DNA from: Octopus vulgaris
Lineage: Eukaryota
Reading direction: 5' to 3'
Length of the DNA: 64,000 bases
NCBI GenBank assembly: GCA_951406725.2
Contig: OX597835.1
Coordinates: 27,714,001-27,778,000 of the forward strand
The position numbers and the translations under genes are program-made. A model generated the notes under the pieces. It saw only the letters and a program-made list of their open reading frames with translations, had not been told where the DNA came from and ran no database searches. Shown in pieces: positions 27,489 to 41,559 of the stretch. The first letter of the stretch is position 1. Each line of letters starts with the position of its first letter.

Positions 27489-27788
27489 CACATACATACA
27501 TACACATCACACACACACACACACACACACGCATATATATATACACTCACACACACATACACACACACACATCATATGTACCATTAGACAGTTAGTTTCA
27601 CTGTTTTATTTCTTGGTAGCTTTGTACAGTATTGTATACTATAAAACAAGAAAATCTTTTGTCTCACATCTATGAGCTGGTCAATTGCCAAGCAACTACA
27701 ACTCAGAAATATTCAGGCTATAAATTTTGAAAATGCTTTGAAACTTCTTTTGAAGCCAAAATTTGTAGTAGTAGTAGTAGTAGTGGTG

Positions 27789-27830
<42 letters not shown>

Positions 27831-28484
27831 ATGGTGTCAGTGGTGATGGTGTCGGTGGTGATGTGGTGGTCATAGTCATAGTGATGGTTGGGGTAATGGT
27901 AGTAGTAGTAATAGTAGTAGTAGTGCGGTGGTGGTAGTAGTGGTAGTAGTAGTAGTAGTAGTGATGGTGTTGGTGGTGATGTGGTGGTCATAGTCATAGT
28001 GATGGTTGGGGTAATGGTAGTAGTAGTAGTAGTAGTGGTTTAGGATCTGGTCAAACCTGATTGATAAGACCAGCGATCAATAAGGGGCTGACCAGTGCCT
28101 ACGGTGTTCCAACCATGACCATCAGATCAAAGGCTTTCCAGCTGTGGCCATCCTGTCTTTTTGTATTTCTGTATCAATCTCAGAACTTAGCACTGTATAG
28201 AGACGGCTTTGTCCAGAATATGAAATCTGTAACATTATTAAAACTCCATAATGGTAGATTAGAGAGAAAGCCTGAAATCTATCGCAGTCAACAACGCTGC
28301 AAGTTTGGTTATTGACTGGGGCACTTCAAACATTAAGCTAACGAGCTGAAATTAAAGAGCAAAGGAGGGAAAGCTCATTAGTGTAGCACCGGACTAACTG
28401 GATAATCAGCAAGCCTTCTGGTCTCGATTTAAATCTGGCAATGGTCAGTTTTCTGGGTATTTTTAATTTTGCTAGTTTATCTCA

Positions 28485-29095
28485 GTGGCAAAGATACTGG
28501 TTAATGTTATCGCCAGTGGCTACATTAGCAGCAAACAGGCTTGTTATAGTTATCTTAACCAAATACAGAGACCATAAAGAATTTAGTTAATACGGTCTTC
28601 AAAGGTAACATCGATAGCAAAGAAGCTGGTTATAGTTATCTCAAGTATAATAGAGTGACAGTAACAAAGCTTGTTATAATTATCATTACTGGTTGTGTCA
28701 ACAGCAAACAGGCTGGTTATAGATACCTAAACCAAATATTGGTAAAGAAACTGGCTATAATCCTAATTACTGATTGTATCAATAGTAAGGAGGTTGGTTA
28801 TAATTATCTTAACTAAATATTGTAAGAATAAAGAAACTGGTTACAGTTATCATTACTGGTTGGATTAACAAGAAACAGGCTATTTATAGTTATCTTAACT
28901 AAATATACTAATTATAAAAAAGCTGGTTATAGTTATCTTAACTTAATATAGTAATAGCAATGAAGCACTTAATAGTTATCTGCAATGGTTACATCAGTGA
29001 GGAACAAGCTGGTTATAGTCACCTTAACTAAGTATACTAACAGTAAAGAAGCTGGTTTTAGTTATTTTTACTAGTCATGGCAACAACAGCAGCTG
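28485..29095. repeat. degenerate ~43-bp minisatellite (~14 units)
   Basis: Recurring core AAGCTGGTTATAGTTATC, e.g. near 28540, 28626, 28670 and 28713. Confidence 0.8.
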
Positions 29096-30060
29096 AGGTT
29101 AATGTCAAATATGAGATAACCATCAATTTACTTTAAAAGAAATAAGAACCAACATACATGGTTACAAACGAATGACCTCAGATTTAAGTGAAAACATTTT
29201 TCCGCAGAAAAGGTTACTCTGTACATTGCTAGGAGAACATTAAAATTATTACACAACATATTTCTAAGAGCTGATAAGCCTAACATCACATAAATCGTTG
29301 GATTCTTGGAGCAAGCATTGATGTAATGGATGGTTTAGGATTCTGTCCTGTCAGTTGTAAAAATCTGCAGGGAATTCCGGATTAGGAAGAACTTGGTTAG
29401 CTAAATGGCGAAGACAATGTCAGATGATGCAACTCGAAGGTAACTGTTTTGGCATGGAGGTGAAGGGCCCGAAACCCTTTGGGAAATATTTTGGCTGTTA
29501 TCTTTTACTTGCTTCAGTCACTGGATTCTGGCCATGCTGGAGTACTGCCTTGACGAGTTTAGCCAAACAAATCAAACCCCAGTATCCATTGTTGCTAAAG
29601 TTTCTTGCTTATTCTATCGGTTTCTATTGCTAAACTGCTGCCTGCTGAATTATGGGGGATGTAAACACACCAACATTGGTCGTCAAGCTGTGATGGGGAA
29701 GACAAATACAAACACAAAAACACACATACTCACGCACACACCCTAACCCTAACCAAGCCAATGCACTTTCACATGGCCTGGTGGTTAAGATGTTGCTCTC
29801 ACAACAGCAACATTGTGGTGTTGATTCCCAGACCCAGAAGTGTGCTGTGTTCAAAACACTTCATTTCACATTGCTCCAACCTCTGCTGTAAATGGGTAAC
29901 CATGTGTGACAGACTGGCATTCCATTCTGGAGAATTTTTGGCCTGCCACCTAGCCAATAGGAGAACATCATCCAAAAGCTTCCCCAATGTGAAGAAGTGC
30001 CTTGTGACCAGTGGTTTAAAATCACATTTGATAGTCTGGTTGATATAGTGATATCTGTGT

Positions 30061-30091
<31 letters not shown>

Positions 30092-30808
30092 AATACAAGT
30101 GGGATTTAAACCTCACTTGTGTATACGCCTTTAGATACACTACACTCGGAACCTTCCCTGATGGATTTACAGTTTATATTGGATTGAATACCTATATGTA
30201 CATACATATATCTGTTTATGTGCATATATATATATTTATATAGAGAGAGAAGTGCATGTGTACATATATATACATACACACACACACACATGCTTATGGT
30301 GAACTAACAACAAATGACAGCTGTAAGTTGCCTGAATCTGTAGTTTCAATACCCAGCCAATCCTGACATCTTACATGTTGATATACCTAGATTCTAACAA
30401 ATCCTACACCTGAACTATGTATGTATATACACATGACAAGCTTCAACACAATTGGTCGTTCTGCCAACCAAACTCACTCACAAGGCATTGGTCAGCCCAG
30501 GGATATTGCAGAAGAGTCTAGCTCAAAGTACTGTGCAATGGGATTGAACATGAGACCATGTAGTTGTGAGAAAGATTTTTAACCATACAGCCAAGCTCAC
30601 AGTTAAGCTATTCTATCAAAAACACTAAGATGTTTTGTTGCTTGTTGTTATTTGAGGACAAACTTCATTCATATAATGTATAAGGCATTAATCAATCGAA
30701 ATTACACCTGAATTTTATCTTATAAAAATAAGTACCAGTTGATCACTGGGGTCAATTTGTACTTATTTTATTGACCACAAGAGGATGAAAGGCAAAGTCA
30801 ACCTTGGC

Positions 30809-30839
<31 letters not shown>

Positions 30840-30936
30840 TAATAATAAAAATAATAATAATAACAATAATAATAAATAAATGAATAAATAAATAAATGAA
30901 TAAAATTTAAAAAAAAATTTTTTAAAGGAAACTTAC

Positions 30937-30945
30937 CTTCATAAC
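30937..30945 (-). CDS. 9-nt micro-exon GTTATGAAG, (G)YE
   Basis: ctaatgac branch region, long polypyrimidine tract, ctacag| acceptor and consensus AAG|gtaagt donor. Symmetric phase 1. Confidence 0.8.
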
Positions 30946-32949
30946 CTGTAGAAAAATAAAAGAAAAAAAATAGTCATTAGAAAAGGTTAAAAGATGTATT
31001 TTATATAATACTTGACATCAATGATATTACAGATATTTTTTTTTAAACTCAAACTGGAAAAATTTTTTTATATTTTCATTTATGTACTCATTATCAGTAA
31101 AGCTTGTGTGATAATGATAAAAATAATATTCATGATAAAATGATAAATGATATTAATGATAAAAATAATGATGATGATGATGTGCTACGACCAAATCCTA
31201 GAGGGAGTTATTGAGAATGAAGATTGCAAAATCCTGTGGGATGCAAAAGGATGAAGGATAAACTGGACTTCAGCAGAATTTGAACTCGGAATGTAAAGAT
31301 GGATGAAATACCGCTAAGCATTTCACCCGGTGTGCTAACATTTCTGCCAGTTTACCGCTTTATTTAGAGAGAATTTTTAAATAATCTTTTAATGTTGACT
31401 AAAGATTAGTTAAAATATATTTTTTAATATTCTACAAACTCAATATATACATTATACTATTAATCTATTATTATTTACTACATAACACATCACTTCCCAA
31501 CCAAAGTACCTCAGAACCTAAGGGTTTCTGTGAGAAATTGTGATCATCATCTCATCATCATCATCGTTTAACGTCCGCTTTCCATGCTGGTATGGGTTGG
31601 ACAGTTTCACTGAGGACTGGTGAGCCAGAGGCTGCACCAGGCTCAATCTGATCTGGCAAAGTCTCTACAGCTGGATGCCATTCCTAATGCCAACCACCCC
31701 AAGAGTGTAGTGGTTGCTTGGCTAATTATAATCAAGCACATTGAGTTATATTTCTGTGTGTTTAATTCTATATTGTTTTTATTATTTGTCTTTTACTTGT
31801 TTCAGTTACTTAGCTGTGGCCATGCTGGGGCACTGCTTCGTGGAGCTCTAGTCAAACAGATCAACTTCAATATTTATTACTAAGTCAAGTATGCAAACCA
31901 ACAAGTGGTGGACTAGTGGGAAAGGTGGGGAGGGATATTTTCAAGCCAGATACTTCACCCAAATGTTTGTAATAGAGCTGACTCCACTAGAGGCACCAAG
32001 AGTGCCATGAGGTAGTATTAAGGTGGGCTACACATTAAATCTACTGGCTCAAAGCTCTTGACAGAAAGGGGAGAAATTCCAAGAAATTAGGAATAAATTT
32101 CATATAGAAAAGTTAATTTCAATACTTAAGCGATTGGGGGTGGGTGGGGTTTCGTCTTTCAGAAAAATGAGTTCTTTTGATGATTCAAAGAAAACATTTA
32201 ATAGAAAAGAAATGCAGTATGTGTGTTCGTGTGGCCAGAAGTTAGCTTCTCAATCACATGGTTCCGGGTTCAGTCCCACACTGTGGCACCTTGGGCAAGT
32301 GTCTTATACTGTAGCCCTGGACCAACCAAAGCTTTGTGAGCAGATTTGGTAAAAAGAAGCCCTTTATGTGTGTGTGTATGTGAGAGAGAGAGTGTCTGTC
32401 ACCTAGAACTGTTTGACAACTGGTGTTGGTGTGTTTACATCCCTGTAACTTAGTACCTCAGCTAAAATAACAGCGATACAATAAGTTTAAAAACATAAGT
32501 ACTGGGGTTGATTTGTTCACTTAAACCCTTCAAGTGTTGCCCCATTATGGCCGCTGTCCAATGACTAAAACAAGTAAAAGATAGAAGATACTGCTTGAAC
32601 TAAAACAAAACATAAAAAAAAGGGAAAAAAACCTACAAATGCTACCAACTGGTTGGTTTATGCTAGTTTTATAATGAAATCAAAATCAATATTAGATGGA
32701 GATTAAGAAAATATATTGGCATCGTGATGAAATATTAAATTGAAATACATTGTCGATATAAAAAAATTTTTTCATTTTTCATTCTTATTAAAATTCAAGA
32801 TGTTTTCATAGAAATTAGCATAATTCCTTGTTTGAAAGCCACAGACTAGATGTTTTGAAAAAACAAAAATATCAGCCGAGGTCATGCAGAGATAAAAATC
32901 AATGACCAAATCTATCAATTTTTTAAAAAGAAACTACAGAACACTGAAT

Positions 32950-32986
<37 letters not shown>

Positions 32987-33361
32987 GTAGTAGTAATAAT
33001 CCTTTCTACTAAAAGTGCAATGCCTGAAATTTTGGGGGAGGGGACTAGTCGATAACATTAATCCCAGTATTTCATTGGTAGTTAATTTACTGACCCCAAA
33101 AGGATGAAAGGCAAAGTTGACCTTGGCAGAATTTGAACTCAGAATGTAAAAGATGATTTCATCCAGCAATGCTAATGATTCTGCCAGCTCACTGCCTTTT
33201 AATAACAGTGGTAATCCTTTCTACTAAAGGCACAAGGCCTGAAATTTTGCAAGGTGAGGGCTTTTTAATTACATTGACCCAAGTATTCAACTGGTACTTA
33301 TTTTATTGACCCCACAAAAGAATAAAAGGCAAAGTCTTGCCTGGGGGAATTTGAACACAGA

Positions 33362-33480
33362 ATGTATGAACATAAACCAGAAGGTATCATTGAGAATAAT
33401 GTGGATAAGATCTTATGGGATTTTGCAATCCAGTGTAACTCAGAGATTGATGATCAGAGACCAGACATTATTCTTTTCTA
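33362..33480 (+). mobile_element. R4/Dong-like endonuclease-region fragment
   Basis: YEHKPEGIIENNVDKILWDFAIQCNSEIDDQRPDII contains ILWD and RPD motifs. Related piece at 31190-31245. Confidence 0.65.
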
Positions 33481-34194
33481 CTCTAAGCACAAGACCTGGA
33501 ATTCTTGGGGAGGGGGACAAACAGTACAACCCCCCCCCCCCCGATAAACACAATATCTTAAATCAACAACCTCATGATATTGCATACTGTGCAATGTCTA
33601 TAATGATGATGACGATCCTTTCTATTATTATTATTATTATTATTATTTCTTACTTAGGTACTAGGCCATCAATTTTGAGGGGAAGGTAAATAGTTCATAT
33701 CATCAACCCCAATGCTTGACTGGTACTTTATTTTATGACATATTCTTTTCTACTCTAGGCACAAGGACCGAAATTTTGGGGGAGGGGGAGGCTGTCGATT
33801 AGATCGACCCCAGTGCATAACTGGTACTTAATTTATCAACCCCGAAAGGATGAAAGGCAAAGTTGACCTTGGCGGAATTTGAACTCACAACGTAATGACA
33901 GACGCAATACGGCTACGCATTTCGCCCGGCGTGCTAACATTTCTGCCAGATTGCCGCCTGAAAAGTCTGATGCTCTACCGACTGAGCTATGCGGGCTTAC
34001 GACTTATGGCTTATGACATATTGGAGTCAAAATACTTGAATAACCTCTTGCCTCAAAACCGATGGCCTTTTTTTTTCCTTAAATCAGAAATCAATTTTAC
34101 TATTATTGTTATAATTATTACACTAACAATTAGTATTTAGTTCTGCTGAAAAGTGCTATTAACCACAAGTTTTAGTAATAATAATAATAATAAG

Positions 34195-34632
34195 ATTTAT
34201 TTGTCAGATTTGCTTGTCAGTTGTTTGACCGTAAACAGTTGAACATGTCCCTTAGTGGCTGACGATATGTGCATCTCTGATCATAAGCAGAAGTAGTGGG
34301 GAAGCATCATAGCCGTGTGTTGAAAGGAATTCTTAAAGGTTTAGATAATTCACCCTTGGAAACATGGATGTTTCATTCAACATCCTTAAACAATCCTTAT
34401 TCAGGGACCTTTTGAGTGGAATGGGCTACTCAACCAGAAGAAAATTCTAACTGGGTCCAAACTGCAAGGTCATGCGCTGTTTATCTTTATATGAGATCAG
34501 CATGTCGCGCACATATGGTTGTGATGCATGTGCCTGGTGTACCCTTATCAGACGGGTAGTCATGATGGGTATACTGGGCTTCATATATCTTACCCCAATG
34601 TCATTTTGATGACATTCACTGCTCTCTCACTC
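34195..34632 (+). mobile_element. retroposon 3' fragment ending CACTGCTCTCTCACTC(AAT)n
   Basis: Homologs at 53755-54120, 53437-53556 and 8940-9348 (-). Flanked by (AAT)n. Confidence 0.65.
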
Positions 34633-34809
34633 AATAATAATAATAATAATAATAATAATGATAATAATAATAGTAATAGTAATAAAACGTAGACTATATC
34701 CAGAAAGTTATAGTATAATAAAAATGCATTTATAAAAAAAAGAATTATAAAACATTAATTATTTAATTAACAAAATTAATGTCGTAGAATATAAATAAAT
34801 TATAAATAC

Positions 34810-34824
34810 CTTCCCAGTTCCTGG
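34810..34824 (-). CDS. 15-nt micro-exon CCAGGAACTGGGAAG, (A)RNWE
   Basis: About 35-nt polypyrimidine tract, cctcag| acceptor and GAAG|gtattt donor. Paralog of 44839-44853. Confidence 0.75.
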
Positions 34825-35699
34825 CTGAGGATGAAAAGAAAAAGAAAAGAAAAAAAGAAAAAATCACAGTCATAATAGTAATTGAAGGAGACGTTTTGAA
34901 ATTTAAATAGGAAATAATTGTTATTGGTGAGAATGTGAAAAAACAAAAAAAAGAATGAGAGATCAGGGTGTGGGTGGGCGGATTAAGCCAATTATTGTAA
35001 TCAAAGGCAATGTAGGAAAAAGAAAAAAAGATAAAAGACACAGAGGAAGGACAAAGCTTAGAAAATAGGAAAAAAAAAAAAAATACAATAAAAAAGAAAC
35101 GGGGAAAAACAATTGACTTTTTCTTCATAAATTACAGAGATATATTAAAGTTATAAATTTAGTAACAATATTTCATAGACCAACAAATAGTAAGAAAAGT
35201 AATCGATATATTTTTTTTTTATTATTTGTGGCAGTTCTTTTTCTCTGTTTTTCTTTCTTATTTTTTTTTGTTGGTTTTTTTTTCGGTTTTAATGTCTTCT
35301 GCAGATAAAGAAAGAATCGTGTGGGGAGGGGGGGGGGAAAGTAAAAAGAAAAGAAAATTAAAAAATAAAAACAAAATTTTTTTTTCCTGCAATTCAACAA
35401 TTCTGATTCTCAGCGCAGTAAATGGCTCTAGGTTTTTATCAAGGAACAAAATCTTAAGCAAACATCATACGAGTGGCCCTGACAATGATGACAACAACAA
35501 CAACAACAACAACTATAACAACAGCAATAACAATAACGATCTTGTCTTTTTAGTGCCACAAGGGAGGTGGCTGGGAGTGGGAGGATGAACATTAGGAAGA
35601 GAGAGATATGAAGAAGTGGGGGGAGTGAGGTGAGGGGTTTACACAGAAATAGGATGAAAGAAAGAAAGAAAGAAAGAAAAAAATTAAATCAAACTTGAG

Positions 35700-36420
35700 A
35701 GAGGGGGGATGAGTGGAGGGGTGAGAGAGGGGGAAAGGAGAGATGGGAGAGAGGGAGACAGGAGAGACGGGAGAGGAAGACAGGAGAGACGGGAGGGGGA
35801 GAAGGAGAGATGGGAGAGAGGGAGACAGGAGAGACGGGAGACAGGAGAGATGGGAGAGGGAGAGACGGGAGAGAGGGAGACAGGAGACAGGAGAGAGGGA
35901 GACAGGAGAGACGGGAGAGACGGGAGACAGGAGAGACGGGAGGGGGAGACAGGAGAGATGGGGGAGAGGGATACAGGAGAGACGGGAGGGGGAGACAGGA
36001 GAGATGGGAGAGAGGGAGACAGGAGAGACGGGAGAGGGAGACAGGAGAGATGGGGGAGAGGGATACAGGAGAGACGGGAGGGGGAGACAGGAGAGATGGG
36101 AGAGAGGGAGACAGGAGAGACGGGAGAGAGGGAGACAGAAGAGATGGGAGAGAGGGAGACAGGAGAGACAGGAGAGAGGGGAAAGATGGCAAGAGGGGAG
36201 AGGAAGGATGGGAGAAGGGAGAGGGGGAGGAGAAGGGGAGAAGGGAGAGAAGGGGAGAAGGGAGAGAGGGTGAGTGGGGTATAGGAAAGGGGAGAGAGGG
36301 GAGGGAAGAGAGAGACAGAGGGGAGAGGGCATGGAGAGGAGAGGAGAGAGAGAGGGTGTAGATGGGAGAGGGGGAGAGGAGAGAGAGGGAGGGAGAGGAA
36401 AGAGAAAAGGGGAATGTAAA
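35700..36420. repeat. polypurine/polypyrimidine minisatellite (~22-24-bp units, GGGAGACAGGAGAGA(C/T)GGGAGA)
   Basis: Direct inspection; the plus strand is almost purely purine. Confidence 0.9.
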
Positions 36421-38785
36421 AATGTAGAGTGCCAGACAGCTTGATTCATCTAGAGGGGTAAACAGAGAGACAGAGAGATACACAAATACACAGATAGATG
36501 TATATGTAAGTATATATGTGTGTGTGTGGAGAGAGAGAGAGGGGGAGGGAGAGAGGGAGGGAGAGAGAGAGGGGGTCGGTAGATTACCAGAGAGATAGAT
36601 TCATCTAGATAGACAGATAGATCAACAGATAGAAAGAGATCAAATAGGGTGACAGATAAGCTGATTAATAGATAAACCGAGGCAGAGGGATACATAGATA
36701 CATAGATGTATACGTATGTGTGTGTGTATGTGTGTATGTGCTGGTAACGTGTAACCGAGAACAACCTGTTGCATGGTTGGGCCATCAGCTTGCTAGATAA
36801 GGAGGGTGGTTTTCATTAGACATCTTGGAGAATGTGTAATGCAACCTATCAAAACGGCAGATGTCATTTCTAGAATCAATCATCATCCAACAGCTGGGAG
36901 TGAGGGTCGCCTGGTCTTTGTTTAGACATCTCTGTTAGAGAAGGAAAACTCTTCTCTTAACACCTGTGACTTTGTTCACATCCAGTGACAAAGACTAGTT
37001 TTTCTTTCTTGGGTTTACATTAACGAGTGGAATAATCCCGGTGCAAGGCCTTTCCTAACTTTAAAAAAGCTTCAGGCACAAAAATCGTTTGATTTTTATC
37101 ATCTCCATTTTATGCTAGCATACAATGGACAAAAAACTAAAATAAAATGCAGTAAAATATTCCATGACAGAATGAAGGCATGTGTCAGTGTGAGTGTTTA
37201 GTTCTCTGAACACCTGCTGCAAGAGGTGCCCATCGCTGCCACATCATCATCATCATGTTGGCATGGGCTGGACAGTTTGACAGGAGCAGGCAACCCACAG
37301 GGCTGCACCAGCTTTTGGTATAGTTTCTATGACTGAGGGGCTCTTCCTAACACCAACCACTTTACAGAGTACATTGGGTGCTTTAATGTGGAACCAGCAC
37401 TGATGCATTTTACACAGCACTAGCACAAGTGCTTTTATATGGTATCGGCATGGTATGGGTGCCTTTTACATAGTGGCAGTAAGGGTGCTGTTTACATGGT
37501 GCCAGCAAAAGTATTGTTTGAATTTTATCCTCTTCATTACGTATTGCAAATTATGGTTGACCATAAACAAAAAAATGCACAACATTCAGTAAAACAGTCC
37601 ATGACAGAATGAAGACACGTGTCAATGAAGGTGTCAAGTTCTCTGAATATCAGCTGCAAGAGGTGCCCATCACTTCCACATCTGTGTGAACAAGTGTAGG
37701 TCTCTAGCAGGATTGAAAAGCCAATCCTTACTGCTCCTGTTCAAGAGAACAGTCGAGCACTGGCATTGCTCAAAATTGAGTTGCAGCCATCATATGCATG
37801 TATGAGAGGGTGTGTGAATAAGCAAAGTAAAGGTAATGCTGACATTCCTTGTTAGTAGTCAGGAAGGAAGGCAGAACCCATAACTTATGACAGGGCCTCA
37901 GGGGTTAGTGGGAAGGAAAGAGGAAAGTATCCTCAATCTGGAAGCTTGGCCTGGATAACTGCAACAGAGCAGGGTCCGCTACTGGTACCCCAGCTGCCTG
38001 ATTGGTGGTGTTAAATCTGACGAGAGATTAAGTCAACTACTAAAGTGGTCCATGGTAGGATTTGAACTCAGAGTGTAAAGAACTGGAACAAATACATTCA
38101 AGACATCCAATTTGATTTTCTTACAGTTCTGCTAATCCACAGTTCTAGATTGGAACTTTCTTACTGAGCCCAAAGGAATAAAACGTGAAGATAACCTAGG
38201 TAGGATTTGAACTCAGAATGCAAAGATCCAGGACAAATACTGCAAGGCAGTAGATCTGATGTTCTTATAGACCTGCGGATCGACTGCTTTGGAGGTTTAG
38301 ATTTTTCTGTTTTTATTATCACTGACCAGCTCTATGCTCTTGGAAAAGCCCACCAGTGAAATATAAAAACCCTTCATCTGAAAAACAGGTGAGGGTTTGC
38401 GACAGGGAGAGCACCACACTGTAAAAGCATGGCTCTGAATCAGAGAAATCAATTCCTATTCAAGTTAAGCTAACATGGAAAAATGGGCGTTAAATGAAAA
38501 AACGAAGGAACAAATGAACTTAGAAATTATTCAGGATTTATGATGGACTTTACATTATAAAACAAACCACACATTGTATTGTATTGGACGGGATATACAT
38601 TTGTTTATCGATAAGGAATTAATGTGATCTTTGCTTTTGTTAATTTTTTCTTTGCTTGTGTTTATTGCCTGACAGAACAATCATAAATATATCAGTGAGC
38701 GAGGGTAGGTTTTTCTATACGGTCGTTCAATACGCTAGAGATAGCAGCTAAACTAAATATCTTTCATCATACTTATACTTATACT

Positions 38786-38816
<31 letters not shown>

Positions 38817-39143
38817 GGGGGTGGAGTAATATCAGAAAATGTGATCCTAGATAACCCCAAAATAGGATCGAATGTTAATGATTGGATGGGGTTTTCATCG
38901 TCGGACTGCTTGATCAGAGACGACCCGGGGTTAAGCAACAACTACAACAGCCATAAATATTACGCAAAGTAGGACAACCGATGAAGCAATAAATTTAATT
39001 CAACAATATATCACCAGATTATGGCTGTCATTATGTTGCAAAACAGAACAATATACATGATATATGCCATCATAAGTCTATTTGTCTGTGTGCATGTATA
39101 TACATACATACATATGTATATATATACATGTATATATAGATAC

Positions 39144-39182
<39 letters not shown>

Positions 39183-39235
39183 CGTATATATGTATATATA
39201 TATATATATATATACATACATACAAATATATACTC

Positions 39236-39266
<31 letters not shown>

Positions 39267-39547
39267 CACATATATATATATACATACACACACACACATA
39301 TATATATACATACATACACACACATATATATATACACACATACACACACATATATATATATATATACACACATACACACATATATATATACACACATACA
39401 CACATATATATATACATACATACCCACACATATATATATACACACATACACACATATATATACACATAAATACATTACATGCACATACACATATATATAC
39501 ATACATATATATATATACATACATACCTATATATATATATATATGCA

Positions 39548-39593
<46 letters not shown>

Positions 39594-39627
39594 CATGTAT
39601 ATATATATACATGTATATATATATATG

Positions 39628-39672
<45 letters not shown>

Positions 39673-40145
39673 TTGGACATTTATTTGTTTATCATATAAA
39701 CATACACATATATACACACATGTGTGTGTAAATACAGATATGTATATGCAAATTTATAAATACATACACACACACACACATACATGTATGTGTGTGTATG
39801 TGTCTATGTGCATGCTTGCATGCATGTGTATGCGTATCACTTACACTGCCCTCTCCTCTATCACCCTCTAATCTCAGCTCTCCTTCCTTCAACACTTTCT
39901 TCTAACATCCTATTGATCATATAATGTCATGGGTTTGATTTCTGAGCAGAGTGGGGCAAGACAGAGCAGGGGGAGGGCAGGGCATGGCAGGGCAGGATAG
40001 GGTAGTACTTTGTGTCCTTGAGCAAGGCACTTCATTCTACATTGTTGCAATTTGACAAAAGTGAAATACAGAATTGTTGATTTCAATTGACAAAACAAAA
40101 GAGTTAAATTCAAACGAGTAAACTGAAATATGTAAACATTATTTA

Positions 40146-40292
40146 CATTATTTACATTTGACGGATATTTGTCCTCATCTTGTTTGTTGTTAACACAATG
40201 TTTTGGCTGATATACCCTCCAGCCTTCTTCAGGTGTCTTGCGGAAATTTCAAACCTGGGTTCTCATTCCTAAGGTATTTTTCAATGTTGTTG

Positions 40293-40338
<46 letters not shown>

Positions 40339-40594
40339 AGTCACTGCTTGGAATTGAACTCGGAATTTTGGGTTTAGTAGCCCGCATTCTTCACCACTAT
40401 ATCATATGTCCATGGGCATATGGCATAGTATATGCCATGTGGCATAAGATAATAATAATATTATTAATAACATTGAAAAATACTTTAGGAATGAGAACCC
40501 AGGACACCTGATGAAGGTTGGAGGGTATATCAACCAAAACGTTGAGCTAACAACACACAAGATGAGGACAAATATCCGTCAAATGTAAATAATG
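40146..40594. mobile_element. Penelope-like inverted repeat pair with hammerhead-like relic
   Basis: 40146-40288 is the reverse complement of 40469-40594 with one indel. CTGATGA at 40508-40514 is followed by a stem and AAAAC. Confidence 0.65.
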
Positions 40595-41411
40595 CATATA
40601 ATTCCTCATCTCATAAATATAGAACTGTAATATGTAAACAAGCTTTTCAATTAACAAAACAGAAATATTGCCTTCATTTCATAATACAGAAATACATATT
40701 TTAATTAAAATATTGACTCACACAAGCCCAGTAATGCTTCTTACATTTTAAAATTCACCACAGGAAACAAAACTACTGCTGTGAGAATCATTATTTTAAT
40801 ATATAAATGTTCACCCTTTATACTTTAAGTAGTGGAGTAATTTACCTAAAAATATGATTTTTAATCCTGATTATTAAATGGAAAAATATTAAACAAAACA
40901 AAACAGAAATGTTGCCTGCAATTGCGAAGTAAAAAAAAAACTGAAGAAATTGTAACAATAACCAATGTTAATATTGGGAAACTAAAATGATTACATCAGG
41001 ATAACTTAACAAACACACATAAATCTTTATAGAAAATCGGTCTAATATAAAACTTGTGAAAGGCTTTCCATGCGAAATAATTAAATATTCTTCTGAGCAT
41101 ACCTATAAAATGAATTAATGCAAAAAGGACCATTAACTATTATGACAGATAGCCATTTAATGTGACCAAATTAGTTAGCAGGAATATGTGCAGTGCTGTC
41201 AGTTCCTTGTGAGGCTTCTAATAATGTCTGCTGCAGATAGCAACCAAGATACTAAAACCAAGATACTAGAAATCCTTCTCTTCTAACATGATTCCAACCA
41301 TATTGGACATTCTCTTGGGGGTTCATAAGTTTCCAATACTCAATATATATATATATAAAGCTAGACATGGCCTGAACCAATCTTTGGTCGAAATATATCT
41401 AAGTTCATCTA

Positions 41412-41459
<48 letters not shown>

Positions 41460-41516
41460 TACATATGCACACATACACACATATATATATACACACACAT
41501 ACACATATATATCTGT

Positions 41517-41559
<43 letters not shown>

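Noticed and set aside
28485-29095. CRISPR-like or coding interpretation of the 43-bp array
   Set aside because: The variable parts are related to each other, and the unit I translated has stops in all six frames.
35592-36483. Long Pro/Ser/Leu and Gly/Glu/Arg ORFs (up to 285 aa)
   Set aside because: Open in nearly every frame only because the purine-only minisatellite cannot contain stop codons.
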